Position numbers and translations under genes: made by a program. The notes under the pieces are model-generated. The model saw only the letters and a list, made by a program, of their open reading frames with translations, ran no database searches and had not been told where the DNA came from. A stretch of DNA of 64,000 nt from a virus (Duplodnaviria; Heunggongvirae; Uroviricota; Caudoviricetes): IMG/VR virus record IMGVR_UViG_3300005323_000036; one strand, 5' to 3'. The stretch's first letter is position 1; every line of letters starts with the position of its first letter. Shown one piece after another: positions 45,378 through 56,113 of this stretch.

Positions 45378-48173
45378 TTACACCATCACATACGTTAGCA
45401 TAACAGATAGGTCCTGTGCATCACCCGATGTTCCTTTTAATGACATTACGCTGATGATATCGCCGTATGAAATCGCATACTTTGATGTATCAATGTCAAT
45501 TACAGTAGACTTTGCAGCAGTTGTATCAACCAATAGACCAGAATAAGTATTTGAATTGATAATTGGGCTTACGATCTCATACACGCTATCAGTGCTTGGA
45601 TTAGTAGTCCATGTTGCTACAGTTGCAACTTTTGTACTTCCCACATAATCAGTTATTTTACGACTTTGACCAACACCGGTGCCTGCAGTGATTCTGATCC
45701 ACATGTTGTTATAGTAGTCATCAGTATCAGACGATCCGGCAGCAAGCGTGATGGTTGTCGCTGCTCCGGCAGTAGCAGTGCCAGTTGTAACTGCAGACCC
45801 TTGCCTAATGTTTACATACCCATTTGATGATGCATCAACTACACGGCTATACATTAGAGCCCGAACCATCTTTGCAGGCCCCTGTTGCCATACAAGCGTT
45901 TGTCCTAGATCGCCGCACATATTACATGCTTCTGTCGCATCTTCGTAATATCCTGGGATAAGAATAGGTAATTGCACGACTCCTATTTTTGTATAATATA
46001 GTGCGGAAACGTCTCCTGATAAAGATGCACCTGCAATTGTCATCAAGTTTGATGTTATCGTCGTAATGGCTCCGTGGTATACAGTCCCTCCAATCGTATA
46101 CCGAAGCCCATATCCAGGTTTTAATGTTCCGGTTAGGTCACTAGTCATTGTCAGCGTTGATGTACTTGCTGGAGTAGCAGTGTATCCAGATGGTATAGAG
46201 ATCCAATGATCTATTACCCCGGATGCTGATATTGTTAATGTTTCGTTTCCACCATCAGAACCCTCTTCGAATGATATGCCACTACCAGCAACTAATTTAC
46301 CATTTAAATATCCAGCAGTTGAATCATTCGACGATACCTTTACAGTAGAACTTCCAGACAATCCAGCAACAAAGTTTGCCTTCGTCATCTTGCGGTTAGC
46401 AGAAACAGATGTATCGTAAATTGCTATGTAATCATCATCTGCAATAGATGTCTCTGTTGTGAGCCCTGATATGTTTGGATCTCGGACATCTGAAAGTCTG
46501 GAATCATTACCTTGGCAAAATGTTCCGTCAGTAGTTCCAAATTCACCTGCTTGTAATATGCCACTAGTTCCGGTGATAATTGGAATTCCGGACGTTGAAC
46601 CAATTTTACCATCGTTTGTAACATTTCCGTGCACGTGAGTTGTAGGAGAAGCATCTACATCTGAATATGTTAATGCAGTTCCATTGATTTTGTAAAATTC
46701 CCCGGTAGGAATATTAATAGAACCAGTATCATCTACGGTTACTAATGAACTTTGTAATGTAGTTCCTCCAGTTCCATCTGCGCGTATGATTGCATTATCA
46801 GTAGAACCAGTAGTTCCTCCAATTGTTCCAGATGCCGATGAATTAATTGTTATATCACTTGCATTGTTTGTAATAGTTACATTAGTTCCTGCTTTAATTG
46901 TTTTTAATTCTAGATCTACACCTGTTTTTTGTTTAAATATAGTTCCGGTTCCAGTTCCTACATTACTAGCCGTATTTGCTTCTCCAGATGTGGAAGCATT
47001 AATAACAACATCATTGACTTCTGATGTGAGAGTTACATTTGTTCCTGCCTTTATTCTTCTAAATTTGAGTTCTACACCAGATTTGGTTGAATATAAACCT
47101 TCACCATCAGATCCAGTTCCTAAATTAGATGCGGTATTTGCCTCACCTGATGTAGTATCAGAAGATAATGTTCCATCTCCTGTAATAGATAATCCACTGC
47201 CTACTTTAATACCACCAAGCGTAGATGGTGTTGCAGTTGGAAATATGCTAGGAGATAATGTTCCGGATGTAATATTTGAAGCATTTGTAGTATCTACATT
47301 TACTACACTTCCAAGACCAATATCCGATTTATTTAATGTTACCGTAGGTCCAGAATATCCATTTACAGTAGTTACATAACCAGCAGAGTTTCCAAGTTCA
47401 TACCACGTTAAAGTATCTGCATCATAGATTTTAGAAATACTTGTATCAGTATTAATCCAAACCATTCCCTCTGATGGTGTAGATGGCTCTATGGTTGTTG
47501 GAAATACTGACGTTACTGTTATTTGTCCAATGTATGATGATGGAACTTTAGAATCTGAACCAAGTGGACAATATCCATTAGCAACACCTCTACTTGCAAA
47601 ATCTTGTTTATTATTCCAAGTTGTAATTTGAGCATCAGTTACTACTCTATGTGTAGAGTCTGCTGCAAAATCAGAAAGTTCATCCGGAATAGTAATAACA
47701 ACATTAGATGATAACGCTTGCCCATTTACAGTTGTAGTTGTATTAACTTTAGATGCTAATGCGTTGGTTAAATCATCCTGATCTGTTAATGTTCCTGCAA
47801 TTGAACCCCAGGTTGTATTGGTTATAAGATTAGATTTCTTAACTTTCTTTTGAGAGTAAGAATTTTCAGAATCTTCTATAAGAAATACATCATCATTTAC
47901 AAGAGTTACCTTTTCAGTTAAATCGTGTATTGTTGGGAAATCTCCCTTTGGACCTCTTATTACAGGAGTTACATCAACCCATGAACTTATAGTGGTTCGA
48001 TATTGCTGTAGAGATGAAGTTCCTGTAATATACACATATACATTATTTACTAGTTCAGAAGGATTAGAAATAAAATAACTATCACGCGCAGTAGTATCTA
48101 CAAATATGTGACTATCCGAAACTACAATAGATCCCCCACCAGCAGAACCAGAACCCTGAAGATTAAACGACAT
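45378..48173 (-). CDS. tail fibre protein with ~50-aa tandem repeats
   Basis: 931 aa from ATG 48173, which directly follows the upstream stop (the track's longer start at 48212 overlaps). Repeats are SGEANTASN(L/V)GTG…GV(E/D)L(K/E)…IKAGTNVT(L/I)T. It is Ser/Thr/Gly-rich. Confidence 0.6.
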   Translation of the reverse strand: MSFNLQGSGSAGGGSIVVSDSHIFVDTTARDSYFISNPSELVNNVYVYITGTSSLQQYRTTISSWVDVTPVIRGPKGDFPTIHDLTEKVTLVNDDVFLIEDSENSYSQKKVKKSNLITNTTWGSIAGTLTDQDDLTNALASKVNTTTTVNGQALSSNVVITIPDELSDFAADSTHRVVTDAQITTWNNKQDFASRGVANGYCPLGSDSKVPSSYIGQITVTSVFPTTIEPSTPSEGMVWINTDTSISKIYDADTLTWYELGNSAGYVTTVNGYSGPTVTLNKSDIGLGSVVNVDTTNASNITSGTLSPSIFPTATPSTLGGIKVGSGLSITGDGTLSSDTTSGEANTASNLGTGSDGEGLYSTKSGVELKFRRIKAGTNVTLTSEVNDVVINASTSGEANTASNVGTGTGTIFKQKTGVDLELKTIKAGTNVTITNNASDITINSSASGTIGGTTGSTDNAIIRADGTGGTTLQSSLVTVDDTGSINIPTGEFYKINGTALTYSDVDASPTTHVHGNVTNDGKIGSTSGIPIITGTSGILQAGEFGTTDGTFCQGNDSRLSDVRDPNISGLTTETSIADDDYIAIYDTSVSANRKMTKANFVAGLSGSSTVKVSSNDSTAGYLNGKLVAGSGISFEEGSDGGNETLTISASGVIDHWISIPSGYTATPASTSTLTMTSDLTGTLKPGYGLRYTIGGTVYHGAITTITSNLMTIAGASLSGDVSALYYTKIGVVQLPILIPGYYEDATEACNMCGDLGQTLVWQQGPAKMVRALMYSRVVDASSNGYVNIRQGSAVTTGTATAGAATTITLAAGSSDTDDYYNNMWIRITAGTGVGQSRKITDYVGSTKVATVATWTTNPSTDSVYEIVSPIINSNTYSGLLVDTTAAKSTVIDIDTSKYAISYGDIISVMSLKGTSGDAQDLSVMLTYVMV

Positions 48174-48175
48174 GC

Positions 48176-48595
48176 TTAAATCCTTCCACCATGTACAGTT
48201 ATAGATCCCCAATTAAGTGTGGTAGATGCACTATAACGCATGTTCAGTGAATAACCATCTAGCAATGCAATTTCAAAGGTATATCCTGCACTTTCATAAG
48301 ATGAATCAAATCCACCGTTTGTTTTTACAATCGTAGTTGTATTATCGGATAATCTGGTAATTACAAAGTAAAAGTTACCGACTGCTTCAAATGCAACATC
48401 CACGATAACTGTAAACCCTTTTGTAAAGTTAAACTGATTTTCTACAGTAATGTCGTTCCCAATAGTTATATCAGTTGAGAGAATATCTGTATCTGCAGTT
48501 ATACTTTCATTGAATAACACGATATCTGGTAAATATATGGTCTGAAGATTAACATTCATACCACTGCCGCCTTTACCCATCAGATACCGCCCCAT
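48176..48595 (-). CDS. hypothetical tail protein
   Basis: 139-aa ORF. Confidence 0.4.
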   Translation of the reverse strand: MGRYLMGKGGSGMNVNLQTIYLPDIVLFNESITADTDILSTDITIGNDITVENQFNFTKGFTVIVDVAFEAVGNFYFVITRLSDNTTTIVKTNGGFDSSYESAGYTFEIALLDGYSLNMRYSASTTLNWGSITVHGGRI

Positions 48596-48682
48596 TTAGA
48601 TTGAATGAATGAAGCCATGAAAAATAGTAGTGGTTTACTATATATAAATGAATTAGAATCAACGAAAGTTAAATTAGGCAAG

Positions 48683-48786
48683 AGAATTACTAAAACCTCA
48701 TAACAAAAAGGAAAAAGAAAGATCCTCTTTGCTAGGTCTACACTAAATTATATGATCTTAAAGTATATAAATGTTATTGTTGATTA
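48683..48786 (+). repeat. intergenic element copy C; 104 bp identical to 31358..31461
   Basis: Perfect identity verified base by base. It lies between two minus-strand tail genes. Confidence 0.85.
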
Positions 48787-48809
48787 ATGAATCTGCAAAT
48801 TCTCTATTT

Positions 48810-50855
48810 TCACGTGTTAAATTCTAAACTGTCATCGTATTTTATATTTTCTTCAAATGTTTTCATTTGTAGTATTTTAAATCCAAGATTTGACATAACT
48901 GGAGATATAATTTTTCGTTTTACATAATCGGAAACATTTGTAAATACCATTTCACAATATTCATTTATATTTCCATAAAATGATAAATTATTATATTCGT
49001 CTATACCCGGAGAAGATGGATATTCTGATTGACTATATGTTGCATATTCATTAAATAATTTTGCTCTGATAAATGTATCATTGTATGTTGGTGATTCCAA
49101 AAATACTACAATTCCAAATGTTGCAAATGAATCATCATAATTTAATGTTTCTTTAAATGTACGAGATTCATTGTGTATTTTTATACAGTCAATATATGTT
49201 ATTGTATCTGAACCATATGAGTTAGTTGTTGTAAGTGAAACATCATAGTAACCTAGTGATACATAAGAATGTGTTGGAGATTGTAGTTCGGATACGTTGC
49301 CATCACCAAAGTCCCACAGATATGTATTTCCAGATGCAGGATATGATAAATCTGTAAAACTTACGGATACTGGTAAATCAGATGTTATTACATTTAAACA
49401 TGATGGTTTAAAATTTGCAACCGGAGAGTGTTCATATATAATTGATGAAATTGTAATTGTTGTGGAATATTGACTATAATATTGTTGATTAGATGAATAA
49501 AGTGTAACTGTATAAGTTCCCAACTCAACGTAATGATGGATAGGATTTTGTGAATAACTGTAATTTCCATCACCGAAATCCCAATACCATTCATTAGGAG
49601 ATCCTGTGGTAGTATCTGTAAAGTAAACTATATTTCCATTTTTAGTATATGCGAAAGAAGATGTTATTGATGATGAATATGCAACTACAGATGCATATGA
49701 AGTATATAATATATTGTTGTAATAACCTTCTGCGTAGATATTATATGTTCCGAATTCAGAATATGTATGCGTTGTAGAAAATGAAGATTGCAATGAAGAT
49801 GAATATGAATTATTATCTCCAAATATTAAATTAAAATTAGTTAAATTATTTGATATTGATATTAGAAACGTAGGAGTGAATGGTAATACTCCCGAAGGAG
49901 CAGATACAAAAATCTCAATTGGGAGAGATGTATTTATAATTTCTGAATCCCAAGTTGAATGAACTGGTTCTGATGACGAATATTTTCTTTGATAAACCCA
50001 ATCGTAATCAGCAACAGTTGTGCCCCCGTTATATGCTACAGTGTGCAGCGATAAATGAGTCCCTGCGGGATTAATAGCGTATGAACTCCATCCCCCCGAT
50101 TGTCCATTCCGATAATAAAACGTAGATATATAATCGTGTCTTATTTCTAGTGTATACCATGTTGATAAAGAGGCACTTTGAAGAACTGTTCCCCAAGATA
50201 TTGATTCATTACCAGGAAGTAGTTGATACTCTCCTGTAGTTGGGGAATGAAATGCAAATACGGCACCAACTGTGATTCCAGACGTTTTAATATTAAGTCT
50301 TGCACCACAACTAGTTGTACTACATGTCGATACTCTAATTTTTGTTCCTGTGATTACTGTAGCATCATTTATATCTGAAATTGCGGTAATACAATTATGT
50401 GTATTACTGCCGGTTATGGATACATTCATTAAACTATTTGAAAATGATCTTGTCCCAGACGATGCGGTATCTGTCCACTTTGTAGTATTTAATGAACTTC
50501 CTGTAAAATCATCAAAGAATAAAAATGTATTGTCTCCAGAAGATAATGATGTAGCACTTGAATTTCCATAATAAACATATATTGTATTAGATGTAGATAA
50601 TGATGTAAATTTAACCCATATCTTTGCAGAAACTCCAGATGTATAACTTTCTATCCAATATGAATAAACGTTATCAGAAGTATCTGTAAATCTAATATCA
50701 GAAAAATCATCATTACAGTGATTATTGCAATAAATGATAGATCCCGATGATATTCCAGATGCCTTATAAACAGTAAATTGTATTTGGTAATCTGATAAAA
50801 CAGATGAAGATGTTATTATATGAGATTGGCGATATGTCCATCCAGAAAGTGCCAT
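48810..50855 (-). CDS. adhesin-like structural protein: DUF2341-like N-terminal domain + LamG-like domain + three PKD domains
   Basis: N-terminal …DIRFTDTSDNVYSYWIE…AKIWVKF…TIYVYYGN fits the DUF2341 pattern. NTFLFFDDFTGSSLNTTKWT is LamG-like. WYWDFGDGNYSYSQNPIHHYVELGTYTVTLYSSN and YLWDFGDGNVSELQSPTHSYVSLGYYDVSL are PKD repeats. Confidence 0.6.
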   Translation of the reverse strand: MALSGWTYRQSHIITSSSVLSDYQIQFTVYKASGISSGSIIYCNNHCNDDFSDIRFTDTSDNVYSYWIESYTSGVSAKIWVKFTSLSTSNTIYVYYGNSSATSLSSGDNTFLFFDDFTGSSLNTTKWTDTASSGTRSFSNSLMNVSITGSNTHNCITAISDINDATVITGTKIRVSTCSTTSCGARLNIKTSGITVGAVFAFHSPTTGEYQLLPGNESISWGTVLQSASLSTWYTLEIRHDYISTFYYRNGQSGGWSSYAINPAGTHLSLHTVAYNGGTTVADYDWVYQRKYSSSEPVHSTWDSEIINTSLPIEIFVSAPSGVLPFTPTFLISISNNLTNFNLIFGDNNSYSSSLQSSFSTTHTYSEFGTYNIYAEGYYNNILYTSYASVVAYSSSITSSFAYTKNGNIVYFTDTTTGSPNEWYWDFGDGNYSYSQNPIHHYVELGTYTVTLYSSNQQYYSQYSTTITISSIIYEHSPVANFKPSCLNVITSDLPVSVSFTDLSYPASGNTYLWDFGDGNVSELQSPTHSYVSLGYYDVSLTTTNSYGSDTITYIDCIKIHNESRTFKETLNYDDSFATFGIVVFLESPTYNDTFIRAKLFNEYATYSQSEYPSSPGIDEYNNLSFYGNINEYCEMVFTNVSDYVKRKIISPVMSNLGFKILQMKTFEENIKYDDSLEFNT

Positions 50856-50904
50856 TAAGAATATTTAAGAATTTACAGTATAAAAAGAAAAGAGTAAATT
50901 ACTG

Positions 50905-52596
50905 TTATCCTATAAATTTTATATTTCCTGAAGTATATGGATAACATTGAAATACTAGTGGCTGTACATCTCCTCTACAATTTTTGATCTGAATGTCATA
51001 TACATGTAATGTAGTCCTTATAAATGTTCCTACTATATATGATAACCAAGTAGATGCTTCTAAAACCATCCCCTGCTGTACTCCAAATCCGGCTTCAGCA
51101 GTATACGGCCCCCCGCTGTATTCAACATTGGATATGATATTTGTGCGATCACTATATATTCCAGTATTTTGCAAAAATAATCCTAACCAATTTAATCCCC
51201 ATGATAATGGAAATGGTTGCCAATTACCATCTGGCTTCCAATTATCACTCAAAGGATCGTCTCTTGTTGCATTCGATTGTTCTACTTTTAAGTCAAATTT
51301 AAATGTTATATATATATGATTTAATGTATATTTTCCAAATAAATATTCACCTGTTCCGGGAGTATTCCCACAATATGGGTATAATATTGTAGTTTCTCCA
51401 CTCGCTCTCTTATTTTGCTGAATTGTTTGAATTGTAAAATCAGTTACATATGTTTCATTGTCTTGGTAATTTTCATTTACTGTTTCTATATTTGATATTT
51501 TTATAATTCCATTTTCTAAATTTAATGAATCTATATCTGCAGTATATAGTATATTAGAACCCTTTATCAATTCTAATTTAGATGCGGTATCTTTACATCT
51601 ATCATCTATTAGTGTAGGATCTATGGTAATATAGTTACAACATACATTAGACATGGAAATAGATGATGAACAATTTAATAAATAATTAAAATCAAATGAA
51701 CCTATAAATGTAGGATTAGAATCAAATCCAGATCTACATCCTTCATCAATTAAATGCCATACATTATCATCGTCTAAATAAAATAAATAATTATAAAATG
51801 TATCTGAATTTTGATAATGACCTGTCCATATATAAATTGTATTGCAATCTATTTTATATTCAAAATACCATAATCCTTTTTGAGAAGATTCATAACTTTC
51901 GTCTATTATAATTGTATTTGTTCCATGATTTGTTACACCGTAACTTAATAAAGTATATGTTGCACTATTATAATAACAATCATCTGGAGTTTCGGGAGGC
52001 GGAACTAATGGGGCAGGAACAATAATATCTCCTGTTTGTGGATCCCACCCCCCAGATACCCAATTTAATCTCATTGTAACTCTAGAAAGAATATCGCATG
52101 ATAAACAACCACAATCTGTACATTTTTTACAACAGTCTAATATTGATGTTAAACCCGTACCTTTGGTTTCTGTAAATTTAAATGTAGATTTTATATATGG
52201 GAGTGTAGACAAATTAGAGCATGAATTTAATTTTTGCCAAACATCTCCAGTTGTATTAAACCACAAACTAACATCATTAAATATTGTTGATTCTCCATAT
52301 GTTTCAATAAAAATATAATTCTTTCCAGATACACATTTTTTTATTTCAAATATTATTGGTATATAACTATAATCATCTGATATATATAATAGTGATAGTT
52401 GTCCATCGTAAGTATATCCACATGTTTTAGTTTTTATATATGTCGTATCATCTCCGTATATTACATTTGATGATTCTAAAGGAGATAATGTTGTAGAATC
52501 CATAACAATTGCAAACCTATGAAGCCATATTTTACAATTTGATCCTGACAATACACCATATACTCGCTGTTCGGTTCCGGTTACTAAATTAGTCAT
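50905..52596 (-). CDS. large structural (tail/baseplate) protein
   Basis: 563 aa with a Cys-rich patch (CCKKCTDCGCLSCD). Confidence 0.45.
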   Translation of the reverse strand: MTNLVTGTEQRVYGVLSGSNCKIWLHRFAIVMDSTTLSPLESSNVIYGDDTTYIKTKTCGYTYDGQLSLLYISDDYSYIPIIFEIKKCVSGKNYIFIETYGESTIFNDVSLWFNTTGDVWQKLNSCSNLSTLPYIKSTFKFTETKGTGLTSILDCCKKCTDCGCLSCDILSRVTMRLNWVSGGWDPQTGDIIVPAPLVPPPETPDDCYYNSATYTLLSYGVTNHGTNTIIIDESYESSQKGLWYFEYKIDCNTIYIWTGHYQNSDTFYNYLFYLDDDNVWHLIDEGCRSGFDSNPTFIGSFDFNYLLNCSSSISMSNVCCNYITIDPTLIDDRCKDTASKLELIKGSNILYTADIDSLNLENGIIKISNIETVNENYQDNETYVTDFTIQTIQQNKRASGETTILYPYCGNTPGTGEYLFGKYTLNHIYITFKFDLKVEQSNATRDDPLSDNWKPDGNWQPFPLSWGLNWLGLFLQNTGIYSDRTNIISNVEYSGGPYTAEAGFGVQQGMVLEASTWLSYIVGTFIRTTLHVYDIQIKNCRGDVQPLVFQCYPYTSGNIKFIG

Positions 52597-52636
52597 AAAT
52601 GAGTATAATATTTATTTTAAAAGTATAAAAATAAGA

Positions 52637-55123
52637 TCATTTTGTAGATATTGTATTACTTCCCATATCATTTATTTCATAATGAGCATCGATATATAAT
52701 AATCCAACTTTGTCGGTATATGTGTCTCCAGCATCAGATGAATTTCTAAATAAACGGCCCATTAATATACTAGATAATCCATTTTGAGATGCAGATGGAG
52801 TAATGCTTGTAAATTCACTTTTATAGTGTTTATACTGTGTTAATGTAGTATCTCCGGATGTTGTAGTAGATGTATATACTATTGTAGTTGCAGGAAATAC
52901 AGTGTTTGGATTAGCCCAATTATATTCAAGTCCCCATCTAACTGCAGAACTTGCAACTGTTGTATATGGAATAAAATGGACATGTATCGTGATTGCAGTT
53001 TGTGCCCAATCATGGGGCATTTGCATAGTAAAGAACACTTCTTTTTCTGCACTAACTAGTGCATCGTCAAATGAATATAGATATATTCCATGACTTGAAC
53101 TACCATTATCTATATATTTTTCAAATGCAGGGGCATACGTTCCAGTATTTCGTGCTACGGGTTCGATTCTTAAATCGTTCCAAGTAGTAGCAGATCCATA
53201 TAATTTTAATGTTCCGGTTGTAGAAAATTCAGCATAATTAGTAGAATCTCCAAATCTTCCACTTGGAAAACTTAAATTATTAACAGAAGTATATCTTGAA
53301 TTCGTTAAATGATAATATTCATCGGTGGTTCCCCCTTGTAATCCAGAAAGATCATTATGAACTGATGGTGATGATACTGGAAATACTGTAGTGTATGCTG
53401 AAATTATTGATGTAAATGAAATTGCAGATTTTTCAATAATTATCTTTGCTGATAATATTGCAAAATTACTCAATACTGTGGGAATACTTGAAGGTATGGT
53501 CGCATTTTGTGCATTGGTAAGTGTATAAGATTCTTGTCCATATACTACATGTAAATTGCCGTTGTATTCAATATAAACCCAATGAACTCCATACTGATTA
53601 TTTGAAAGAGTGGCTAATGTTCCTGTTCCATTATCATATTGTGTATTACTAATTTGAGTTTGTGGATAAACACTTGTCCACCCGCCCGATCCATTTCTAT
53701 ACCAATATTTAAATGAATCTGATACACTTGTGTCCTTTGCACTAGTAGTTACATTATTTAAACCAAGATAAAAACTTCCAGCAGTAGATGCAATATTCCT
53801 GGTCCCAGTAGCAGATATCACTCCCCCGGAAGATCTTACTAATCCACCATCAGTATATATTAAACGTTCGTGTATTCTGGAAGTTATACAAAACGCTTCA
53901 TTACCAGATTGGATAATGCTTAATAAAGTTCCACTTTTATAAACTCTACCAAACCCAATATTATGACTCAAATCAATATCGTTTCTATTTATAGTCGCAT
54001 ATACTGTTGGAGAGCCACTATTATAATCAAGATATATGTAATTTGTAGATTCGTCAGTTAGTGTAATTGGTGTTGTTGTGGGCCAATTTACAAATCTAGT
54101 TCCCTCTATTGAACTTCCATTTGTTTTAATTAACCCATAACCTGCAGAAATTGCAACAGTTCCATCTCCATTATCTGATATTAAACCACCGTATATTCTT
54201 CCAGCGGCCTGAATATCCATATAATCTTGAAGTGTTTTATATGTTGTAGGTAGAACTCCGCCAGTTGCAAAATTTACGGTGCTTGCATTTTGAGTATGCC
54301 CGGTAGATGCAAAATGTGATGCGTGGTATGTATCAAGAGTGTCTGCATCTAGTCCTGATGTATGTCCATCATTATAAGAAGTCCAAACTTTACTACCGTC
54401 TACTAATAGGGAAGTTCCGTCTGTAGTAATAGTAACACTTGTTGGTTCAGTTGGGAATCCACCTAGTGTTAATGTTGCAAATACATAAGCATTATCTGTT
54501 TCTAGTAAGTCGGTTTCAACTAAAGAAGAGCCAGCATAAATAGTAGGAAATCCCCACGTTCCATCATCTTTGTGAACTTTTCCCTCTGGAGTTGTTACAA
54601 ATTGAAGTTCATTATATGGTTGATATTGTTTATAATCAAGCGAGGCCCCATTGTAATATGGGGAATAATTTGTAGGCCAATCTGAATAATTGAAACCCAC
54701 CCACGGAATTTCATCCTGCGGAGTTATACCATCTGAAACTTTAATTCTACCAGTTACATCATTTGTAGAATCATCAGTTTCGATTAATATTGCAAATGTA
54801 GGAAATATTTCATTATTCGAAATCCAATTAGATTCAATATCTATATACCCCTGAAGTGTATAATCCCATTTATCCAATGTGCTATTGAATCTTATTAATT
54901 GGTGATTTGTTGGAACTGTGGATGGAAATGATTTTCCACCAACTTCTATTACAGATGAACCTATGTAACCTAGAGAACTCCAATGAGTAAACCCATCTCC
55001 TACTTTAGCACGCCCATCATCTTCATCTATATTTACAGCAATAACTCCTTTTGGAACAATAGGATCAAATGCTACAAAGTTTGCAAGATAGTCTGGAAAT
55101 ATATTTTGTGGAGTTCTAAACAT
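52637..55123 (-). CDS. large tail fibre/receptor-binding-like structural protein
   Basis: 828 aa, Ser/Thr/Gly/Asn-rich, with motif SGLDADTLDTYHASHFA. Confidence 0.5.
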   Translation of the reverse strand: MFRTPQNIFPDYLANFVAFDPIVPKGVIAVNIDEDDGRAKVGDGFTHWSSLGYIGSSVIEVGGKSFPSTVPTNHQLIRFNSTLDKWDYTLQGYIDIESNWISNNEIFPTFAILIETDDSTNDVTGRIKVSDGITPQDEIPWVGFNYSDWPTNYSPYYNGASLDYKQYQPYNELQFVTTPEGKVHKDDGTWGFPTIYAGSSLVETDLLETDNAYVFATLTLGGFPTEPTSVTITTDGTSLLVDGSKVWTSYNDGHTSGLDADTLDTYHASHFASTGHTQNASTVNFATGGVLPTTYKTLQDYMDIQAAGRIYGGLISDNGDGTVAISAGYGLIKTNGSSIEGTRFVNWPTTTPITLTDESTNYIYLDYNSGSPTVYATINRNDIDLSHNIGFGRVYKSGTLLSIIQSGNEAFCITSRIHERLIYTDGGLVRSSGGVISATGTRNIASTAGSFYLGLNNVTTSAKDTSVSDSFKYWYRNGSGGWTSVYPQTQISNTQYDNGTGTLATLSNNQYGVHWVYIEYNGNLHVVYGQESYTLTNAQNATIPSSIPTVLSNFAILSAKIIIEKSAISFTSIISAYTTVFPVSSPSVHNDLSGLQGGTTDEYYHLTNSRYTSVNNLSFPSGRFGDSTNYAEFSTTGTLKLYGSATTWNDLRIEPVARNTGTYAPAFEKYIDNGSSSHGIYLYSFDDALVSAEKEVFFTMQMPHDWAQTAITIHVHFIPYTTVASSAVRWGLEYNWANPNTVFPATTIVYTSTTTSGDTTLTQYKHYKSEFTSITPSASQNGLSSILMGRLFRNSSDAGDTYTDKVGLLYIDAHYEINDMGSNTISTK

Positions 55124-55141
55124 TATTTTATACCTTCTGTT

Positions 55142-55438
55142 TTATGCCTTTGAAATTTTACCATCATATCCTATATATGATGTGCTTCCAGATACATTTT
55201 TTAATTTAAAATATATTGAATATGTAGCATTTAACGGTTGAGCAAAGTTAATTGTATCCGTCGCCTTGCATAATAGAATATCATTTGCCCCATCAGTTCT
55301 ATATAATTCGCACTCTACACCATAAGGAATATAAATATTTTGTATACCCCATTCAGTAGTTCCACTAGGTCTAATTGATAAACTAGACCCAGATAATGTG
55401 CTAGTATGTTCAGATACAATATCTCCAATAGACGCCAT
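55142..55438 (-). CDS. hypothetical tail protein
   Basis: 98-aa ORF. Confidence 0.4.
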   Translation of the reverse strand: MASIGDIVSEHTSTLSGSSLSIRPSGTTEWGIQNIYIPYGVECELYRTDGANDILLCKATDTINFAQPLNATYSIYFKLKNVSGSTSYIGYDGKISKA

Positions 55439-55500
55439 TAGATATTACCTCGTAAAGTATTGATAATTTCATTATTTATGGATACTAAAAATGACATCTT

Positions 55501-56058
55501 CTATACTCCTCTATTGTTAATTATTTTCCAGATTGCCCCAAAGTTATCTCCGTTGGAAACAGTCCAATCATAGTATGTTTGGCGGGCACCCATATTTCCA
55601 GAAGTTAAAGCATCGTGAATACCTGCTTCTTTAAGTGTATAATCTCCATCTGAAGTAAATACAGCAGTATATGTTACTGTATCATTTGTAGTATAGGTGG
55701 TGGTTACTGCGTTTGTAGTGGCAACCCTTGACATTACCGGAGCAATTAAATTGGTGTATGTGTATGTTGTTCCATTGGTTCCATCTGTTCCAACTGAACA
55801 ATAAATATATTTTGTACTGAGATAAGTTGATAGATCTGATAGGGCATAGTTTGTAAGTGCATCTCCAGCATAATTACAAATACCAAGTTTACATAATATT
55901 TTTTGTAATATATTTGGATTATTTAGGGTAGTGACTTCAGGTTTAGATTTATTTGGATCCCAATCACCAATATCACAATCTATTCTGTGTAATTCAAATT
56001 TATCAGAAAATGACATCAATTCATGTGAATTTTTTATCGAGAATTGTTTAGTATCCAT
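55501..56058 (-). CDS. hypothetical tail protein
   Basis: 185-aa ORF. Confidence 0.4.
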   Translation of the reverse strand: MDTKQFSIKNSHELMSFSDKFELHRIDCDIGDWDPNKSKPEVTTLNNPNILQKILCKLGICNYAGDALTNYALSDLSTYLSTKYIYCSVGTDGTNGTTYTYTNLIAPVMSRVATTNAVTTTYTTNDTVTYTAVFTSDGDYTLKEAGIHDALTSGNMGARQTYYDWTVSNGDNFGAIWKIINNRGV

Positions 56059-56113
56059 AATTGTAATGATAATTATGTTTAACAGTATATAAAAATTAGA
56101 ATTGTTGAGTGCA

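Noticed and set aside
46786-47379. 197-aa + strand ORF
   Set aside because: It is antisense within the 931-aa fibre gene and is a product of the repeat-rich, codon-biased sequence.
31358-48786. The 104-bp perfect direct repeats as prophage attL/attR
   Set aside because: They are 17 kb apart inside a contiguous viral gene set with replication genes on both sides and structural genes between. Three further degenerate copies exist, and no integrase is present.
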